Of a stretch of 33,825 nt of DNA, positions 33,195 through 33,825 are shown piece by piece. The stretch lies in contig JAIBBR010000051.1 of the NCBI GenBank assembly GCA_019694575.1, positions 1 to 33,825 on the forward strand. The letters run 5' to 3'. The DNA is from Myxococcaceae bacterium (GTDB lineage Bacteria > Myxococcota > Myxococcia > Myxococcales > Myxococcaceae). Under the pieces are notes generated by a model that was not told the DNA's origin, did no database searches, and saw only the letters and a list, made by a program, of their open reading frames with translations. The position numbers were made by a program, and so were the translations under genes. Position 1 is the first letter of the stretch; the number at the start of each line of letters is the position of its first letter.

Positions 33195-33280
33195 GGGGGA
33201 GCAGCCGACGCCGCTCTCTTTGGGTAATGAGAGGCAGTTTGGGTGCCAGCCAGAGTGGGGCTGTTACAGTAGAGGGCACC

Positions 33281-33808
33281 GTGCTTCGAAATGTTTGTTT
33301 TTCTCTCGTTTTCAGTCTGTGCGCCTGTGGAGGCCCCTCGTACCGCTCCGAGCTCCAAGCCGACGCGGTGGTGCCCGGCAGCGCCAGTGGTGGGCTGTTG
33401 CCAATGTGCCCTCCTTTCGGAGGTTTTCTGCGGCTCGACTTCGACAACAACGCGCAGCTGCGGGGCGCAGGTCGCAAGAAATCTGAAGTACGGCATGCTT
33501 TCGTTGAATCAGCGTCGCTCAAAATCGTGAGCCCAGCGGAGCAAGACTTTGGCTTCATCGACAAAGTGCAACTGGTGGCCAGTGCCGCCAATGCCCAAGT
33601 GACGCTGGCGCGCAAAGACCAGGTCGCTGACGCAGCGCTGGCCGCGCCGTACCCTACCCTCACGTTGCCTCTCGAGCCTCAAATTGACTTGGGTGCCATG
33701 GTGGCGGCTCCGCAGCTCGACATGGTGGTGAGGTGCGAAGGCCGCGTGCCTCCCGCCGACACCCGGCTAGAAGCGAAGGTGGTGCTGCGGTTGGAGCTCG
33801 AGCCGTAA
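33281..33808 (+). CDS. hypothetical lipoprotein
   Basis: GTG at 33281 with AGAGGG 6 nt upstream. MLRNVCFSLVFSLCACGG is a signal peptide with a Cys cluster near the cleavage site. The track ORF starts at 33227 with no RBS. Confidence 0.5.
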   Translation: MLRNVCFSLVFSLCACGGPSYRSELQADAVVPGSASGGLLPMCPPFGGFLRLDFDNNAQLRGAGRKKSEVRHAFVESASLKIVSPAEQDFGFIDKVQLVASAANAQVTLARKDQVADAALAAPYPTLTLPLEPQIDLGAMVAAPQLDMVVRCEGRVPPADTRLEAKVVLRLELEP

Positions 33809-33825
33809 CCTTTGACGCTTAGGGC

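Noticed and set aside
1-33825. Search for tRNA/rRNA genes, CRISPR arrays, IS elements, integrases and long nucleotide repeats
   Set aside because: No intergenic region is long enough, or has tRNA-like GTTCGA/T-loop features. There are no regularly spaced direct repeats, no terminal inverted repeats, and no transposase, integrase or recombinase-like ORFs. The only repeats seen are protein-level, in the flotillin N-terminus, the propeller and the paralog pair.

Overview
This is a high-GC (about 65-67%) bacterial chromosomal segment, probably from Myxococcota: it has many Ser/Thr kinases, a myxococcus-type cysteine-rich repeat, PilZ and MshEN c-di-GMP effectors, and numerous lipoproteins. I found no rRNA or tRNA genes, CRISPR arrays, or transposase/integrase signatures. 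About 35 protein-coding genes are packed tightly on both strands.

Recognisable genes, in order:
- a degenerate Ser/Thr pseudokinase fused to an MshEN-type c-di-GMP-binding domain (partial, at the left edge)
- an alpha/beta hydrolase
- a large flotillin-like SPFH protein with five tandem N-terminal repeats
- a minus-strand block: active transmembrane Ser/Thr kinase, DUF3105-like lipoprotein, calcineurin-like metallophosphoesterase, secreted repeat protein
- a very methionine-rich secreted protein
- an SDR oxidoreductase divergent from a long acyl-CoA dehydrogenase
- a stand-alone PilZ protein
- a small cysteine-rich lipoprotein with lower GC and atypical codon usage
- a signal-less Pro-rich protein with a CBM21-like C-terminal domain
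- an ECF sigma / ZAS-type anti-sigma / CpxP-Spy-like operon ending in a strong terminator
- a myxo-Cys-repeat plus beta-propeller secreted protein
- a GT2 glycosyltransferase, a DTW-domain protein and a Lys/Ala-rich membrane protein
- two tandem paralogous Gly/Ala-rich membrane proteins of unknown family
- a DUF155-like protein
- an MshEN-MshEN-REC-class III nucleotidyl cyclase fusion
- a TerB-like protein
- a second alpha/beta hydrolase
- gyrA
- an outer-membrane beta-barrel protein and a lipoprotein

All calls rest on my own reading of motifs in the translations. No database search was possible. Coordinates I derived by hand-counting may be off by 1-3 nt.
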